Assembly: GCA_023515725.1 (NCBI GenBank)
Contig: JALDTO010000057.1
Span: 248,001 to 312,000 of the forward strand
DNA from: Amoeboaphelidium protococcarum X5
Lineage: Eukaryota > Fungi > Aphelidiomycota
Direction of reading: 5' to 3'
Length of the DNA: 64,000 nucleotides
A program made the translations under genes and the position numbers. The notes under the pieces are model-generated. The model was not told the origin of the DNA, ran no database searches, and saw nothing but the letters and a program-made list of their open reading frames with translations. Position 1 is the stretch's first letter. Each line of letters begins with the position of its first letter. This document shows, one piece after another, positions 25,201 through 39,064 of the stretch.

Positions 25201-25465
25201 AAATATATTCCGTCAGACTCGGAGATTTCATCCGCACTAGTGGTGCAAGTGTATTTCGCTTTAGCTCAGTTGGGAGAGCGTTAGACTGAAGATCTAAAGG
25301 TCCTGTGTTCGATCCACAGAAGCGACACATACTTTTTGGTGGTCAATGATATTATTACATTGTATGGAACTAGTTACGATTCAAGCGGGAAGATACGAAC
25401 TTTATTACTTGAATCGAGTCGCGTGGGAGACCAGAATGTCATATACGTTGCATCTACACGTCAGT
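25201..25465 (+). repeat. ~265-bp tRNA-Phe cassette, copy A
   Basis: About 55 bp of 5' flank and 140 bp of 3' flank are highly similar to the reverse complement of 43999-44262. Confidence 0.88.
25255..25327 (+). tRNA. tRNA-Phe(GAA), U1xC72 mismatch
   Basis: Cloverleaf: TAGCTCAGTTGGGAGAGC D-arm, TTAGA-CTGAAGA-TCTAA anticodon arm, CTGTG-TTCGATC-CACAG T-arm; TTTTT terminator just downstream. Confidence 0.92.
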
Positions 25466-25629
25466 ATTTATTAAATCGACAAACGTGAATTCATGAAATT
25501 TTCCTTGATCGCTGGCCCAAGATCTCTAATTGACGATCAGCAAGATGGTCGATAGCAGTGTAGTGAATAATTGCAAAAAGTTTATAGAATACAGACCCAA
25601 CAATCATGATGAAAGCACTCACTGTATTT

Positions 25630-27263
25630 TCACAATTCTTCGTGTTCAATTTTGGACTTGGAGCCGGGAAGCTCTTCTTTACCATGCGATGCCTTACAAG
25701 AACCACCATCATCCTTCTACGCGCTACATGACTTGCCACCAGAAATCTTGTCAGAATCTGCATCAGATTCAACACCAAAATCAACTTCAAACGTATACGG
25801 ATAGACTTTGCTGCGTGAAGACGTCAAATCTTTAACAATCCAATCCACAAGAGACTTGGCGTCAAAGGCACCAATATAAGGTTTGTACACTTTCTTACTT
25901 GGCTTAATGACAAAGGCAGTTGGAAGATCAGATGCCAAGCCAAACTTGTTGATAATGTTCTTCTGCACACTTTCAGTATTACCAAATGTCCACATGATCT
26001 CAGTCTTGGGAAACTATTTCGTGTCCTTCAACTTGTGCAAACCAGCCTTAACCTGCTCCAGTAGCAAGATCAAATCCTAATGTTATTGCACCGATTCTGG
26101 AACATCTGCTTCAAGTACTGGCATGTGTACAACCATGCAAAGAGCACTAGGGGCATTCGTCGTTTGAACGCAGTGCTTTTCAAAATCAACTTGGGATGTA
26201 ATTTGAGACACCTAAGGTACAAAGTCTTCTTACTCGACATCCTTTTTGTTAGCATCGTCTTCGCCACTATCACTATCACCATCATTGTTATCGTTATCAA
26301 CATTGTCATCTTCAGACTACGCGCCATTTGAAGAATTGGAAACCTTAGATTACGCCTTAGAGAATGTGTATAGATACTTTCTTAAATCAGTTGCTTTCAA
26401 AGTTCCATTATACACAGAAACCTGTCCATCTAGACCAATAATAATCAGAGAAGGTAATATAGAAATGCCAAATTGTTATTGCAGATCAGCAAACTTCTTC
26501 CCATTGACTTGACCAAAAACAAATTGCTGACTGAATCGCAATGAAAGTGACTTATAAAGTGGCGATACCTGAACCTTATCAGTGAATAAGATAACTTTAG
26601 GTGAGGTACTATTATTGATGGAGAAGAACTCTTCCATAGACTTTCCGCTCTTTTTAGAAGCAGAAGCTGATGATGAGGATGATGATCCAATGATCCTCTC
26701 AACAAACTTTGACGGCAGTCTTGCCACAGCAGCTTCAACTAACGCTTTGGCCGTCCGCTAACCTTAATAGTCGACAGCAATCTTTTACTACTACTACTAC
26801 TTAGGGGCCTTCTTATCACCTTTATTACCGCTGGCTTTGCCATCTTTAACGCTAGCGGGGAATATTTTGATGGTGGGAAATCCTTAAATTCCATACCGAC
26901 CACACAGCGGCTTATTCACTTCTTGATCACAATCAATGGCGCCAAAGTGCACGATGCCCTTCAAGTTGCCGGCAGCCTTCTTATACTCTGGAGCCAAGCG
27001 TTAACAATGCCCGCACCAAGGCGCGTAGAATTCCACAATCCATACCTCCTACAATGACCATACGCTAGTTGGGACAATACCATATTTTGGTGCTAAACTT
27101 TACCAATTGGAAAACTTACCACGCTGGACAACACCTTCTTTTCAAAGTTGTACTGGTTCAATTCAATAACAGCATCTGCCTTAGTGTACAGCGAGCCAGC
27201 GACTAAGTTCAATAATTCTAATACCGACAGTATAGTAATAACTAGCAAAGTTTAAATTCCCAT
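25630..27263 (-). CDS. Protein disulfide isomerase, PDIA6/Mpd1-like (520 aa; intron 27049-27119)
   Basis: Signal peptide, VEFYAPWCGHCQ, GFPTIK, C-terminal HEEL; 71-nt GTAAGT..TAG intron. Confidence 0.9.
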
Positions 27264-27398
27264 AACGAAGTTCTAACGCGAATTTGTGCAAGCGGAGATA
27301 AGCAAAGACAAGTAAATATAGGAGAAAATTTATAATGATTTAACGTGTCATTTAAATTTACTTTAGTTCTTTACTGTATATTATAGACTCGGGCAATA

Positions 27399-30300
27399 TC
27401 ATTTCTTATCGTATATCAACTTGAAGGACGGCGAGCCAGGAGTAGATTGCTAAATAAGACGTTCTTCAGCAGTGTCAGAGGGTGTAAGATCCCCGACCAA
27501 TTTGAATTCAATCTCTTCCAGATCTAAAGACTTTTTCAGATATACCGCGTTCTCTTCCAACACTTTGAACTGATTATAAGGCAGATTTCGCTCAAAGTCA
27601 AATTGCTTCGATTTGTTCTGTGCCTGAAATTAGTCATACTCATCCATAATGCATTTAATGAACGGAATCAAGCGCTTCTCCTTCATCAATGGCTTAATCT
27701 CAGGCTGCGCTCTCATCACAGACAGCAAGTCTTAATATTAAGAACCACTGGAGCTACTGAGAACTCTCTGCAACACCTTAACGGTGATGTTCTACCACTC
27801 AGGATACTTGTCATTCACCAAAATCTACGCCTTGGTAGGAGGAAACTTTGGAGCCAATTCCTTCTTCTTCTTGGGATTCATCTCTGATATAATCTGCAGA
27901 CGCAAATCTCTGATTATATTGTCCACATACTCTTTAGATGCGCCAATCGTGTGATCTACAGGATGAGTCTCTGGCCAGGACGCTTTCATAATAGACTGTG
28001 GCTAGTGCATCAGCTTCATCCAGACATACTCGGTGAAATGTGGAATGATTGGGCTAATCAACTTCAACTGCACCTCAATGTATCTCTTGATAACGGCGCT
28101 ATGCATCTTCCTCCCCGTCAAATCACAAGCTTTCACATAACGATCCTTCTCCTTGTGCAGCTCATGGAATCCAAACTTGACAACTTCAGCAAAACACATC
28201 TGTTCATACCACTTCTCTGTCACACCGATAACATTGTTGATATCATTCAAGAATGCCTTGTCATCAAAATGCTCAACGGGTTCACTCTCAGGCACCAGCT
28301 TGCCATTGCGAGACTCCTCCAGCACTTCGGTCATCCACTCCTTCAAGTTGAACAATTTCAATATGAACGCGTTACACTGAGTCTAATCAAAGTTGGCATC
28401 CTCAATTCCATCACCGGCACTAGCGAGACAGATTCTAATCGCATCTGCAGAGTACTTGGACACGGCGTCCGTCAATGTAAGGAAATTGCCCGTGCTCTTG
28501 GACATCTTCTCATTGTCAATTAGCAGGTGACCATTAGCTCTAACAGCTTTAGGCCAGAATCTCTAAGGGAACATCGCCACATGATTATAGATGAAGAATG
28601 TGAGGTGATTAGATATTAAATCTTTACCAGACACACGCAGATCCAATGGATAGAAATATTCAAACTCCTACTTCATTCTCTGCAAATCATCAAATGGAAT
28701 CTCAGTATCAGGCATCATCTTCTCCTCGGTGAAGATATAGTTCCACACTTCGTCAGTCATCTGCTCCGGTTTAATGTTCAGCAATCCCGGTTTTGAGCCA
28801 TCCAGAGAACCACTCTACAGCAGATGTGCCACAGTATAGTAGGCCATGTAGATGGTGGAATCACTCAGACTTTCAATCAACCACTTATCATCCCAAGGTA
28901 ATCGAGTTCCCAGACCAAAGCTTCTTGAGCAGGCCCATTCACGAAGCCAATCCAAAGTTTTGGCAAATCCACTACGAGTCTCCTCTTGGTAGGTGTTCAT
29001 GCTCTTCAGACATTCCATCGCAGCATTCTTCCACTCTTCCTCGCCATAGTTCAAATACCACTGATCCATATGGCAGACGACACATTCATCACCACTTCTG
29101 GAGATCACTAGACTTTCTGGCTCATGATAAGAGCATGCAAGTTCTTGATCAATCAGCTGTTGTCTAATCTTTGGCTTGGCTTCTTGCACAGCCTGGCCAG
29201 CACAGTCGCCGACAATCATTTTCCCACTATAGAACCCCTACTTGTACACTTGCTCTTTAGCTTCATCCAGCAACTTTCGATCTTTCGGGGAGTTGATCTT
29301 CATCTACTCAACCACCTTCACGGCGGCCAAGTTGCCAAACTACGGAGTCTCGATAATAGGAATAGGATCATATCCATTCACCCACTCTGCTTTAATCTTG
29401 TAATAGTCAGCTTTCTTCTTCAAATCTTGCAAGGTGGCGAAGTCATCCGGAGAGTCACTGGGCACAGAAGTGACGACTCCAGTACCTTTAGTGGCAAGCA
29501 CAGACTCCATAGGTAGGACATAGACGTGTTCAAAAGAACTCAACGGCGCCTTCACCTGCAGGCCAACCAAATCACTTCCAGAGAAATCACACAACTTCTC
29601 CACCTGTCCAACCTTGTCTGCAGCGGTCCATCCTTGATGCGCCAGATTGAGTGCGGCTCTCTCAGTGCAAATGAATACTTCACCCTTCTCGACTCTGTAC
29701 GCACCATACTACAAATCTGGACCAACGAAGCAGTTAGTCTAACCATACATCGTCTCTGGTCTAAGAGTAGCTGCAGCTAAATACACTTTATTATCGCTCG
29801 CAGAGGCATCAGCAATCTTATCATAAAATTACTTGTTGGCAGCAGATTATTCATTCCTCAGTACTTGCAACTTGATCAACGTATACTCCTGAGGTGCAAC
29901 ACCTTCTCCAACAGTTCTGTCATGATCAGCACACGCTTGACCATCCAGTGGGCTGTAGATTGTGTACCTCTTACCAAACTTGATCTTGTCCAACTGCTTT
30001 AATCTATTAAACTGCCATCTGACAAAAGAATCGTAATAAGGATTAACATCGGTGGTGATAAATGATCGACGCCAGTCAACATGCACACCCAATCTCTTCA
30101 AATCTTCCTGCGCTAGTGGTGGAAAGTAGTAGAACCAATGCACAGGATCAGCAAATAAATGAATCTCATCCTCCGGCACGCCCATACTTGCCATAATCTC
30201 CCACTAATACTTTTTATCAGAGGCTTTAGCCGCGACTTTACTCTTCTTCTTGGCACCACCAGCAGAGTCTTTATCCACGCTGAGCTATTACACTCCATCT

Positions 30301-30815
30301 GCAACCTCTCCATCTCCTCCGACATTTTGCGTATCACGTGGAAACTATGGCGGATTACCGTATAGCTCAATTTCGCGCTTGATTTTGTCAGCACAAGCTT
30401 TAATGGGCATACCTGTACAGTGGAATCCAAATGGGAATAGAACCTCTTTACCGCGCAATCTCTAATATCTGGCAGCAAATTCACACTTTGACAGCGAGAA
30501 CGAGTGACCCAAATGCAGTCTTCCATTCATGTACGGATATGGGAAGGATACCATGTACTTTTACTTTACACCCTAAGGACCATACGACATCAATTCTTCA
30601 TTCGATGGCGAATTAGCCTCGTGAAGACGCTCCTTCTCCCAGAACTGCTGCATCTCTTCCTCCACTTTCATCAGCGAGTCTCTCTTAAATGTCTGCTTTG
30701 GCTCTTCTTTCATGACAGGCGTTGTATTTCTAATGCTGTTGATGCTATATCGATTAAATCTATTAGACGTGAATATAAATGGCAATTATTATAACTATCG
30801 AAAGCGAAAACGCAT
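27399..30815 (-). CDS. LARS1: Leucyl-tRNA synthetase, cytosolic/archaeal type (1138 aa; second ATG at 30713)
   Basis: [53 protein letters not shown]. Confidence 0.95.
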
Positions 30816-30904
30816 GAAATGTTAATCTCTACTAAGAGGATTGAGGCGCAGAAGAAGAGAAAAGATTAATAAGGTGGTCGCGCGTTCTTCCTCGTTCGTG
30901 CCAA

Positions 30905-30930
30905 GTGAGTGAGTGAGTGAGTGAGTGAGT
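30905..30930 (+). repeat. (GAGT)n microsatellite in the divergent LeuRS/MBOAT intergenic region
   Basis: About six GAGT units. Confidence 0.85.
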
Positions 30931-31179
30931 TTTCCTTCACATTGCATTGTCACAGATTTTAGCTTTTCACACGCTTTCATTCAATCCGCTCTTAAATTAC
31001 TTTGATTAGTCAGTCAGTCAGTGAGAGTCTCTTTCGCTTGATCGGTTTCGGTCGCTTCTTCAAGTAAGCGAGTCACTCCTCCCGAGTAAAGCTGTAACTA
31101 CAGAATTTTAATATTGTGATTATCTTTGAATAGTCTTGTTAACTTTGGAGTTTCAGAATCTAGAGAAAATAGTAGAATA

Positions 31180-32784
31180 ATGATTGTTTAAAGGCTAGCG
31201 AATGCTGTTGGAGCTAGCGAAGAAGCTTTGAGGTTGATGGTGGGCATTCTGCTCTCGATAGTGATCAGTTTCGTGTGGTTTAAAGTGTTCATCCAGGCGC
31301 GAAATTAGTTGCAGCCATTGCATAGGAGTTAGTTGGGAGTATAGCATTTGGTTAATATATCTATTGGCCTGTGGTTGGCATGGTTCTTGTACGGCGCTGA
31401 TTTTATCCACTTTCCGATTGCGATCACCGGTTGCTGGTCCATTCTATACTTGACACCGAGTAAACGCGCTTACTTTGGTCACGTCTCGGTGTGTATATTT
31501 ATTATGGCCTACCTGTTGGTCAGTTATTACTTTTATTCAAGTGTTGAAGATTATTCAGTAGACTTTACCACCAGTTTTTGTGTGTTGACCCTGCGTCTCA
31601 TTGGATTCAGTTTTGACTGTCTCGACGGAGTTAGATTAAATGCAAAGAATGGCTAGAAATAAAATGGTGCTTAAATTAATGGCAAGGTGGATTCTACACA
31701 ATCTACTGTATCATATTAATCTACAGCGGGTGCAGCGGTAAGTTAAAGACCTGTCAATGGAAAGTAGAAAACTATTTGGGATAATGTGGAATTGACAGAG
31801 ATGCCTTCGCTGGTGGAGACTTTGAGTTATTGTATGTTCTTTAATGGGTTTATAGTTGGACCTCAGCTCCCATTTAAGGCTTTTATTGATTACATGACTC
31901 TGGATAAGTTTAGTGTTACTGAGAGTGATGGAAAAAGTAAAGTCAGAGCACCCAACTCTATCAACTCTTATGCTCTGCGATGCTTCATCTATGGTGTGTT
32001 GTACATTGGACTTCAGTAAGCGCTGAGTCCAATGTTCCCATCGCTGTACATGGCCACTAAGGCATTCGCTAATGAGAATGTACTGATGAAATGTTTCCAT
32101 ATTATCATGGCTGGTAGAATCTGTTTGATGAAGTATTTAGGCGTGTGGCTGCTTAATGAAACTGGCTGCGTATTGAGTGGACTATCGTTTAATGGATACG
32201 CCAAGTCGGAGTCATAATCTCCTGTGGCCAAATGGGATGGCTTGGTGAACGTGGATCCATTCGTATTTGAGACGTTAACCTGCCTGAATAATGTCGTCTA
32301 ATCGTTCAATATAAACACCAATTTGTGGTCAAAGAATTATGTGTTCAAGAGACTCAAGTTTTTGAACAGTAAGAATGCCAGCGCTCTGGGGACTTTATAA
32401 TTTCTGGCTATATGGCATGGATTTGCTTTTGGATATTTTGGCGCATTCGGATTAGAGTTCCTGGACATGGAGAGTGAAAGGATTGTGAGAAAGTGGTTAT
32501 CTCCGGTGCATAGAGCTGTATATTAGAATGCCAGCACTCCTGCTATGGTGCGGTACATTACCAATGTTGTCATGCATCTGGCCACCTGGGTTTTTAATGG
32601 TATCGGAGTTGTCACCTTTGATCTTTTGACATATGGACGCGTCACTGCCTTCTGGCGTAGTACTTGGTACCTGAATCATATTCTAGTTGCATCTGTTATT
32701 GCAGCGGATAATTTACTAGGTGTTGTTTTTAAGTCTAGCAAGAGTAAGTAGAAAGTATCCGATTAATTAAAGAAGAAGGAGTGA
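31180..32784 (+). CDS. MBOAT lysophospholipid acyltransferase, LPCAT3-like (534 aa)
   Basis: GASEEALRL, CVLTLRLIG, GFIVGPQ, FNINTNLW..YVFKRLKFL, FLAIWHG, KKKE C-terminus. Confidence 0.9.
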
Positions 32785-32894
32785 ATTAATTTATTCACGA
32801 CTTGAAAGGTATACTCCGAGTAATATACTGTCATTTACCGTACTATATCTAAAATACTTATTGATCACTTTATTTCAGACCCAATAAAAATCAT

Positions 32895-34496
32895 TCAGTC
32901 ATTGCTCAGAGTCACAATGTCGTATCCTTGCTCTTTACTGCCAGACATTTTGGCCGTTCTCGCTCCAAATTGCACGGCCCGCTTAGCTTCTTTAGATATC
33001 GATTATAGTCCAAGCATTTGGGAGGCGTATTAACGTAAGAACATCTTATCGCCCACACCTTTAGGTACACCATTGCTGAGATTACATTTCCAATTCAAGG
33101 GGATCTAGAGCAGAAAGTTGACAACTTCCTCAGCCAGAAAAGGGACTCGCAGCTCCAAACCATGACTACTGATTACTCTATCATCCCGGCCCAAGTTTCT
33201 ATTCGGAAGTCTGTCATAATCCTTTTGTAAAGACTGCCATAGACCGTGATGTCCCTCTTTAGTAAACGCGGCATTATGATGACCATATCCAGCGAGTAAT
33301 TCATCTGGTCCAAGTCCACTAAACACAATCTTGGCCCTGGATCCAGTATAACGCGGATTGGTGGCGAACCAAAATGCTGCGGCAATACTCAAATCCATCG
33401 TGGTGTTTGAAGGATACATGAGTTTTATGATGAAATCTCTCTACGCCAAAAACTCTGAATATGGCACATCCACCTCAACAAATCGCCATTGCCTCTCCGG
33501 ATACCTCTATTTGAGTTCAGCGTATGAAGAGAGACCAGTAAGACGATCAGGTACCAGGTATATTTATGAACTACCCAGCTTGTTGTTCTGTATAAATCTT
33601 GGATTTTCAAATGCAACATTCAGCAAGTCTATAGTTTAATTAGACGGCAATGTACGATGCAGCACAGCGGCAAGAATCGAGCAGTCGATACCACCAGAAA
33701 ACATTATCGCTACATTGCCATTATTATTATTATCAACTCCGTCTATATCAGAATGATCTACTTCATGATACACTGTCCGTTTGCGAACAGATTCCGTCAA
33801 AATAGTATCAAATTTATCGATACAATTCATGAAACCCGGATCTATCGAGCCTAAGTCAATAAAGCTACCTTGATCGCTACTGACCTGCTTTGCATATCCA
33901 TACTCTACGGGAACTTTCTAAAAATATTTTTAAGTAAGATCAAAGTAGTGAATGTATCCAGTCTAAACTTCTTCGCACGCGGAACCATACTCAGCGACTG
34001 ATGCCACCATCAAAGAATCTTCCGTATGGTGCACAATAAGTGACCGGCGACCCATAAAATCGCGTCCAAAGTACACCCTGCCCTCCCGGGCTGAGAAGTA
34101 TAAAAAAGCATACGGGCCATCTATGGGTTACAATACGCGTATCAGACACTTTATGCTATCCTGGCCACCCGTACTTCTTCGCTCGCTGAACAGACGTTGA
34201 GATATCTCCAGTCCATCATTCACACCCTATTTCATAAATTCTTCATTAAAAGCTTCACCATTCCAGATGAAAAAATCCTCATTATCGCCGCAATCGTCAA
34301 AGAATGGCTGACGCGTCAAAGCGGTAGAGCCTCTCATATGCAGTACCGAAGCTAATGCATATATGCTCACGTCATTCCACTCTCTCTCAAAAATCTGCTA
34401 GTAATCTGGGCCTCGCAAGAATATCGAATACTGTTATTACTAAATACTAGCAATTTTATCTCCATTCCACTAAGCCTTGAATGATATGCCACACAT
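32895..34496 (-). CDS. ASNSD1: Asparagine synthetase domain-containing protein (533 aa)
   Basis: MCGI start, RGPD, SVLHMRG, GRDFMGRRSL, FSGGIDC, SGLGPDELLAGY, RNLGRDDR, KRAVQFGAR. Confidence 0.88.
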
Positions 34497-34722
34497 ATTT
34501 AAAAGATCTTCCAAGGGATAATGAAAAAGTGAAATTTTAACAGCGAAAGCACACATAGCACAGTTTGAACCGAATTGCAATGGTTCTATCTAAGAAAATC
34601 AGTGAGGTCTTAACTAAGTAGTCAAGTGAAAACAGCTGTAAAAATATATCCAGATTTTATGGACCCTTAATTTAGAGATATAACGCGAAGACAACTATAG
34701 ATACGTTCATTTCTTGAAGAGA

Positions 34723-36009
34723 TCACTACTCAAGATTGAGACGCGTCTTTTCAGAGGCTTTAACAACATATTTGTAAAGCTACGCGGCATCTAGACTATA
34801 TAGTTGACTAATGCGAGCCACTGCAGCTTTATCTATCCAAACCAAGCCACCCATTTACTACTATTTACTACTACCTGCACATGGTTGACTAAGAGTGCTG
34901 CGATAACTTTGATTCAGATCAGAATCGCTATGGATATGGAAACCATGACTATCAATGATCTCTTCAGAACTTTTAATCTCAGATTCCAACACCAACCTTT
35001 AACCATCTGACATTGTAGACGCATCTTGGGTCAATTTTTGACGGCATTATTCAATATCATTGCGGCATTGCTCAGCAACCTTCTACTCCGTGTCGTTGAT
35101 AGTATTGAAGAGCCTTACAGTCTACAGACATCTGTGGTATGAGAACAGCTTTATAAAATTGTACGCAATAGGCAAAGACACAATCTTATCGAAGCCACTC
35201 AGAGATACTGACAGTAGCTACATCGCATCAATCTCATATAGCGTATATGGAAACACCGCATAGAATGGTAAAGTAATCAGTAGAACTTTGGCAGCGCGTT
35301 TTCGCTATTATACCATATATTATTCCAGAGTTTACACATGATTCACCGTGTCTTGCAGTTGAACATCAATCTATTCAGATTTACTGGCAAGCTATTGTTA
35401 TGGGAGATAGTCAGAAGAGCATTTCATATCATCCATGAATCGCGGATATATCAGCTCAATCTTTTTCACTGGCATTTACAATTTATCCCTTTTCAAGTGT
35501 ATAAAGCCGCTGGTCAAATCAACGTGTCTCATAAAATCTTCTCCCATTGTTAACGACCACTATCTGATCAAGCTTTATGACCATCGATAAACTGGCAATC
35601 TCAATTTATCTATAAAGGAACTCGCCGATTATACTTACAAATTATCTTTGGATCGATCGGCCAGTTATGATTAATGCTCATTATGACCAATTGACTTCAT
35701 CTATTATCTTGGTCGCATCATGAAATCCCATATAGTTTTGTAGGTGCGTCCAATTATCCATAAACCGTTTCGCCATACATTAACCATCTTCATAGTCCCA
35801 TACTGCATCATTGAAGTCGAGCGATGACGCGCCGGCATGGGGTATAGCATATAAAAACATTAATCAATCTTCTGTACAGGGTTCAGCTTGAAAGCAATAG
35901 GCAAAGCTAAAATCCGCAGAACACCAGCATTGTCACTCCGTGCTAAGCTATTAGATGCAGCTATATTAAGGCGAGATATTTCTTATGCCACTTTGGTACG
36001 CGTCGCCAT
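34723..36009 (-). CDS. Hypothetical protein (428 aa), weak resemblance to the mitochondrial K+/H+ exchange-related (Mit_KHE1) family
   Basis: Open ATG to TGA under TAR=Gln; RILALP, IELIYP and a hydrophobic segment before YNFIKLFSYHR. Family call is tentative. Confidence 0.6.
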
Positions 36010-36395
36010 CAAGTATCGGTCTTTTAAGCTTCAATGGACAAAAGTCTACACTGAAAATATTCGGGCAATGTTATATAATCGCGTTTGGAGTCTACTGAAT
36101 AATGAACGCGTTATACAAAGTGAGAAGACTGTATTATTAATTACATAAGTAGAGAACCGAAAGATAGAGCCAAGAACATAACGTGTAAACGATAAATCAT
36201 CCTTGTTTGTTGATAGTCCCAGATAGTAAACTTGTCGCTATTATTCTTACAAGTACAGTAGATCGCTCAAGCGATTTGTTAGTGAAACTCTTTCGCCGTT
36301 TCAAACGACGTTTTTGGATAAATTGTTGATCATACGCAGATCATTAGTGCTGGTGCTGAAAATCAATTATTTTAATAACGCATAAAAAATTGAGG

Positions 36396-37667
36396 ATGTC
36401 AATTAAGCTTGGACTTGAGCGAATATAAAAACTGCTGCAACTATTAGGCAATCCCCAAGATTCTTTGACAGTTGTTCATGTGGCTGGTACTAATGGCAAA
36501 GGATCTGTGTGCTCTTACATGGGATCTGCTTTAATCGAAGCAGGATATTCTGTGGGCGTGTATAACAGTCCCCATTTGCTCCATCCGACTGACTCCATTC
36601 GTGTCAATGCACAGCCAGTTTCGTAAGAAGTGTATTTCCAAGTCAGGTAGCGCATTATTCAGCTTATTGACTAGGAGTACTATTCTCATGATGAGACACC
36701 AAGTTCATTTGAAATACTAACAGCTACGGCGATTACAATTTTCAAGCTAATGAAAGTTGATATTGCAGTCATTGAAGTTGGAATGGGTGGTAGACTTGAC
36801 GCGACCAATATATTTAAGCCTTAGAACGTTCTACTCTCTGTTATTACTTGCATTGGAATCGATCATCTGGATATGCTGGGTGGTGATATTTAGTCTATAG
36901 CGCGACATAAAGCCGGTATTATAAAGTAAGGAGTGCCTGTGATTGTTGGTAAATAGAATCAAGAATATGAAGGCATTGTGCATCGCGTAGTCATAGATGA
37001 ATGCGAAGTAGTAACTTCTTAAGCTTATTTTGATCAATGCGACGATTAAACGGATGTAGGGTCTTCGGCTACTCAGCTGCTGAATCAAATTACAGATATA
37101 GATGGATACTAGCGGCAGAATGCCTTCTGTGCAATCCGGGCACTTCTTTTATTAGGTGAGCAGTTGAAAGCTATCAGTCTCAAAGCGATATCGCATCAGT
37201 AGTTGCTAGATGGAATTCAGAAAGCTGCTTGGCCTGGACGACTAACGTTCATTGATCACCCTTCGTATGGAAAGATCATATTGGATGGCGCACATAATCC
37301 AGATGGCTGTACTATGTTAAGCAAGTATCTTTAGAAATTGTTTGGCAATTCTCCCAAGTATTATATAATTGGTGTCTCCGCAGGTAAACAGGTTGTAGAG
37401 ATGTTGAAGTCCCTAGATATTGGCGGAATAGATTAAGTTTCGTTTGTACCGTTCAGTCAGCCTGAAGATATGCCTTGGGTGCATTGCACATCTGCGTCTG
37501 ATATCTAGCGGGAAGCTTTGAGTTTAAGTATTCATGGTGAAGCTCATAACAATTTGCAAGACGCGTTTGCATCGCATCCCGGTATGCCTATCGTATGCTG
37601 CGGATCTTTATATCTAATTGCAGATGTGTATCGGTTCCTCATGATAACACCAACTTGGCGAAAATGA
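36396..37667 (+). CDS. Dihydrofolate/folylpolyglutamate synthase, FolC/Fol3-like (423 aa)
   Basis: IKLGLERI, HVAGTNGKGS, YNSPHL, EVGMGGRLDATN, WPGRL, LDGAHNP, CGSLYL. Absent from the standard-code ORF track. Confidence 0.93.
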
Positions 37668-37729
37668 AAAGACAGAAATCATATATCTATTTCCTATATT
37701 TTTTATTTCAAAAATCAAATTGAATTTTT

Positions 37730-38785
37730 TCAAACTAAAACATCACCACTGTCGTATGACTGATTCGAATTGCCACTGCCCTGACCGACAAAATTTGACG
37801 AGACTTGGTGATGTTAATAACTGGCCACTGTATTCGTGTCAGAAGGCAGATTAACTGCACTATCAGGCCTAGACATTTCTCCCTTCTCAAGCGGTGCAAA
37901 CTTGAAGCCCTCCGTGTTTACAGAGCTATTCTTGGCCTAATCGGACGAGTTTGGCATTAACAACTTCTTGCCTGCAGAGGTGGAATTACCAGACTTACCG
38001 CGACCTTCTGCAGCGTTCAACATCATCTTCATACGGACAAATGTGGCAGCAATTGCACAGAAGCAGATGTAAAGCCCAACAAAAATCAGCCCATGTCCTA
38101 GACTTAGCGGAATGAAGTTACTCAAAACTCCACAAACACTTGCACAAAGAGAAAAGCATGAGCAGATCACACCATGTCTTGCGATGATACCGTAAAAAAT
38201 TGCAGTCGGCGATTCCACAATGCTTCGCAACTCTTTAATGTACTTGGTCAAAGCGTACAAGTAAAAAGCATCCATGGACATCAGGCAGAAAACTGCAGCA
38301 ATGAGCTCATACTACATGAACAAAATAAGATTTCTTAACTGCGAGCGAGACCATGTGTTAATCACCACCGTGGCTATCATGTTAGCTACACAGAAGAGAA
38401 CAAAGAGAATACAAATGAGATAGATACCAGCGCGGTAAATTTTAAAGAAGCGATAGTTCTGCATGATCGGTTTGCTGCGAATATACAGCAAGCTCACATA
38501 TGAATTTACAACTATAGTTATAGAGCACAAATAAATAGTGCTGGCAGTGAAATTGACAGTCAATTCGTTAACACCTGGGAGAGCGAGTTAAAGTGAGCTA
38601 GCGATAAACGCAAAGGCCATAGACACATGCATTGATAGCATCAAGTAGTCAAACACAGTACGAATGAGCTTTTTAGCGTTGCGATGCTGGATGAGTAGAT
38701 ACACGCAAAAACTAGCAATAACAAAAACTGCAGCGACACACCCAACAGGGACTATCCACAACAAAGAGGTGAACTATTAGCTCAT
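37730..38785 (-). CDS. Multi-pass (7TM-like) membrane protein, paralogue 1 (351 aa)
   Basis: About seven hydrophobic segments; shared FD, YIRS.PI, D..Y, HG/HS..C motifs; Ser-rich tail. Confidence 0.8.
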
Positions 38786-39064
38786 TCCTTACTTTCTAAT
38801 ATTTGTTCAGAAAGCAGAGACTCTGATTTATAAGTGGAGGAAAACGCATTCCAATTCACCAGCACAACTTTGCAGCATGCACTGTGTCTATATATTTTTA
38901 GATCACGTCGAACATCCGCAATATATTCCGATCGCCACATACATTCTAGAATTTCCGTCTGATCACTTCTAATTTTAGATACTAAGCAGAAGATGCAATT
39001 TGAGTGAACTTTAATATAGAGAATTAGTGAATTTACAATACAGCTAACACCTATTATATCTATA

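Noticed and set aside
25234-25252. GCACTAGTGGTGCAAGTG as the 5' part of a split or permuted tRNA-Gly
   Set aside because: No matching 3' acceptor strand or T-arm nearby.
27603-30794. Long + strand ORFs opposite LeuRS, and similar antisense ORFs such as 5287-5880 and 20001-20297
   Set aside because: Antisense shadows of longer genes, with no motifs of their own.
36396-37667. FolC as bacterial contamination
   Set aside because: It uses TAR=Gln like its neighbours, and Fol3-type enzymes are normal in fungi.
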